Below are positions 15,067 to 15,710 of a DNA stretch of 15,710 bases, in pieces. The notes below the pieces were generated by a model. It had not been told where the DNA came from. It made no database searches and saw nothing but the letters and a program-made list of their open reading frames with translations. Position numbers and translations under genes: made by a program. Source of the DNA: a virus (taxonomy: Duplodnaviria > Heunggongvirae > Uroviricota > Caudoviricetes). Within the stretch, counting starts at the first letter, position 1. Each line of letters starts with the position of its first letter. The stretch lies in the IMG/VR virus record IMGVR_UViG_2778261360_000006; one strand, given 5' to 3'.

Positions 15067-15392
15067 AAACCTTTCGCTGGAAAGTGAAGCCGGATATGGA
15101 GGTGAACTCGCAGCCATCGGTGCGTGAAGTGCGTTTTGGTGACGGGTACTCACAGCGTATGGCGGCAGGGCTGAATGCTGACCTGAAAACATACAGGGTG
15201 ACGCTTTCCGTGACCCGGGAGGAGGCCCGGCATCTGGAAGCGTTCCTGGCAGAGCACGGTGGCTGGAAGGCATTTTTGTGGAAGCCACCCTATGCATACC
15301 GGCAGATAAAGGTGACCTGTGCCGGGTGGTCTGCGCGGGTCGGGATGTTGCGCGTTGAGTTCAGCGCGGAGTTTAAGCAGGTGGTGAACTGA
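15063..15392 (+). CDS. M: Minor tail protein gpM-like (109 aa)
   Basis: Same length as lambda gpM; ATGA coupling to H at 15063-15066 and to L at 15389-15392. Confidence 0.9.
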   Translation: MKTFRWKVKPDMEVNSQPSVREVRFGDGYSQRMAAGLNADLKTYRVTLSVTREEARHLEAFLAEHGGWKAFLWKPPYAYRQIKVTCAGWSARVGMLRVEFSAEFKQVVN

Positions 15393-15710
15393 TGCAGGAT
15401 ATTCACGAAGAAAGTCTGAGCGAGTCGGTTAAATCAGAGCAGTCACCGCGGGTGGTACTCTGGGAAATCGACCTGACGGTACAGGGCGGTGAGCGGTATT
15501 TTTTCTGTAATGAGCTGAATGAAAAAGGGGAGCCGGTCACCTGGCAGGGGCGGCAATATCAGGCATACCCGATTGACGGCAGTGGTTTTGAGATGAACGG
15601 GAAGGGCAGCAGTGCCCGCCCGTCGCTGACGGTGTCCAATCTGTTTGGTCTGGTCACCGGGATGGCGGAGGACCTGCAGAGCCTGGTGGGGGCCACGGTG
15701 GTCCGCCGCC
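15392..15710 (+). CDS. L: Minor tail protein gpL-like, 5' partial (continues beyond window end)
   Basis: Translation MQDIHEESLSESVKSEQSPRVVLWEIDLTVQGGERYFFCNE…GEPVTWQGRQYQ.YPI.GSGFE.NGKG…TVSNL.G.VTGMAED.QSLVG.TVVRR closely parallels the lambda gpL N-terminus. Not in the ORF track because it runs off the window. Confidence 0.9.
   Translation, partial: MQDIHEESLSESVKSEQSPRVVLWEIDLTVQGGERYFFCNELNEKGEPVTWQGRQYQAYPIDGSGFEMNGKGSSARPSLTVSNLFGLVTGMAEDLQSLVGATVVRR

Noticed and set aside
2563-15297. Numerous antisense or alternative-frame ORFs within the structural genes (e.g. 2881-3555 -, 4882-5532 -, 6143-6844 -, 10968-11930 -, 12966-13427 -, 13406-13918 -, and shorter ones on both strands)
   Set aside because: All lie entirely within strongly supported, homology-confirmed + strand genes; their translations are Arg/Pro/Ser-rich low-complexity typical of off-frame GC-rich coding DNA, and none has an SD plus plausible protein features.
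1-15710. Search for tRNA, CRISPR repeats, integrase or transposase, and att sites
   Set aside because: No cloverleaf-like conserved tRNA features, no regularly spaced direct repeats with spacers, and no ORF with recombinase motifs were seen; the window covers only lysis, cos and morphogenesis functions.

Overview
This window is the lysis-to-tail segment of a lambda-like (lambdoid) siphovirus genome, read through an intact cos junction, so it comes from a prophage or a circular/concatemeric form rather than from virion ends. On the + strand the order is: end of a lysis gene, Rz with embedded Rz1, cosQ-cosN-cosB, then the late morphogenesis operon in lambda order (Nu1, A, W, B, C with nested Nu3, D, E, FI, FII, Z, U, V, G and G-T frameshift product, H, M, start of L). 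Between Rz and cos sits a small, visibly AT-rich two-gene cassette on the - strand (ribbon-helix-helix-like protein plus a 136-aa hypothetical protein), which is the best candidate for an accessory 'moron' function here. Some DNA (Rz, the ~140 bp before cosN) appears near-identical to phage lambda as I recall it, while Nu1, cosB and the structural proteins are clearly homologous but diverged, i.e. a mosaic. All homology statements rest on reading the translations against remembered lambda proteins; no database search was run. No tRNA, rRNA, CRISPR array, integrase or transposase was seen.
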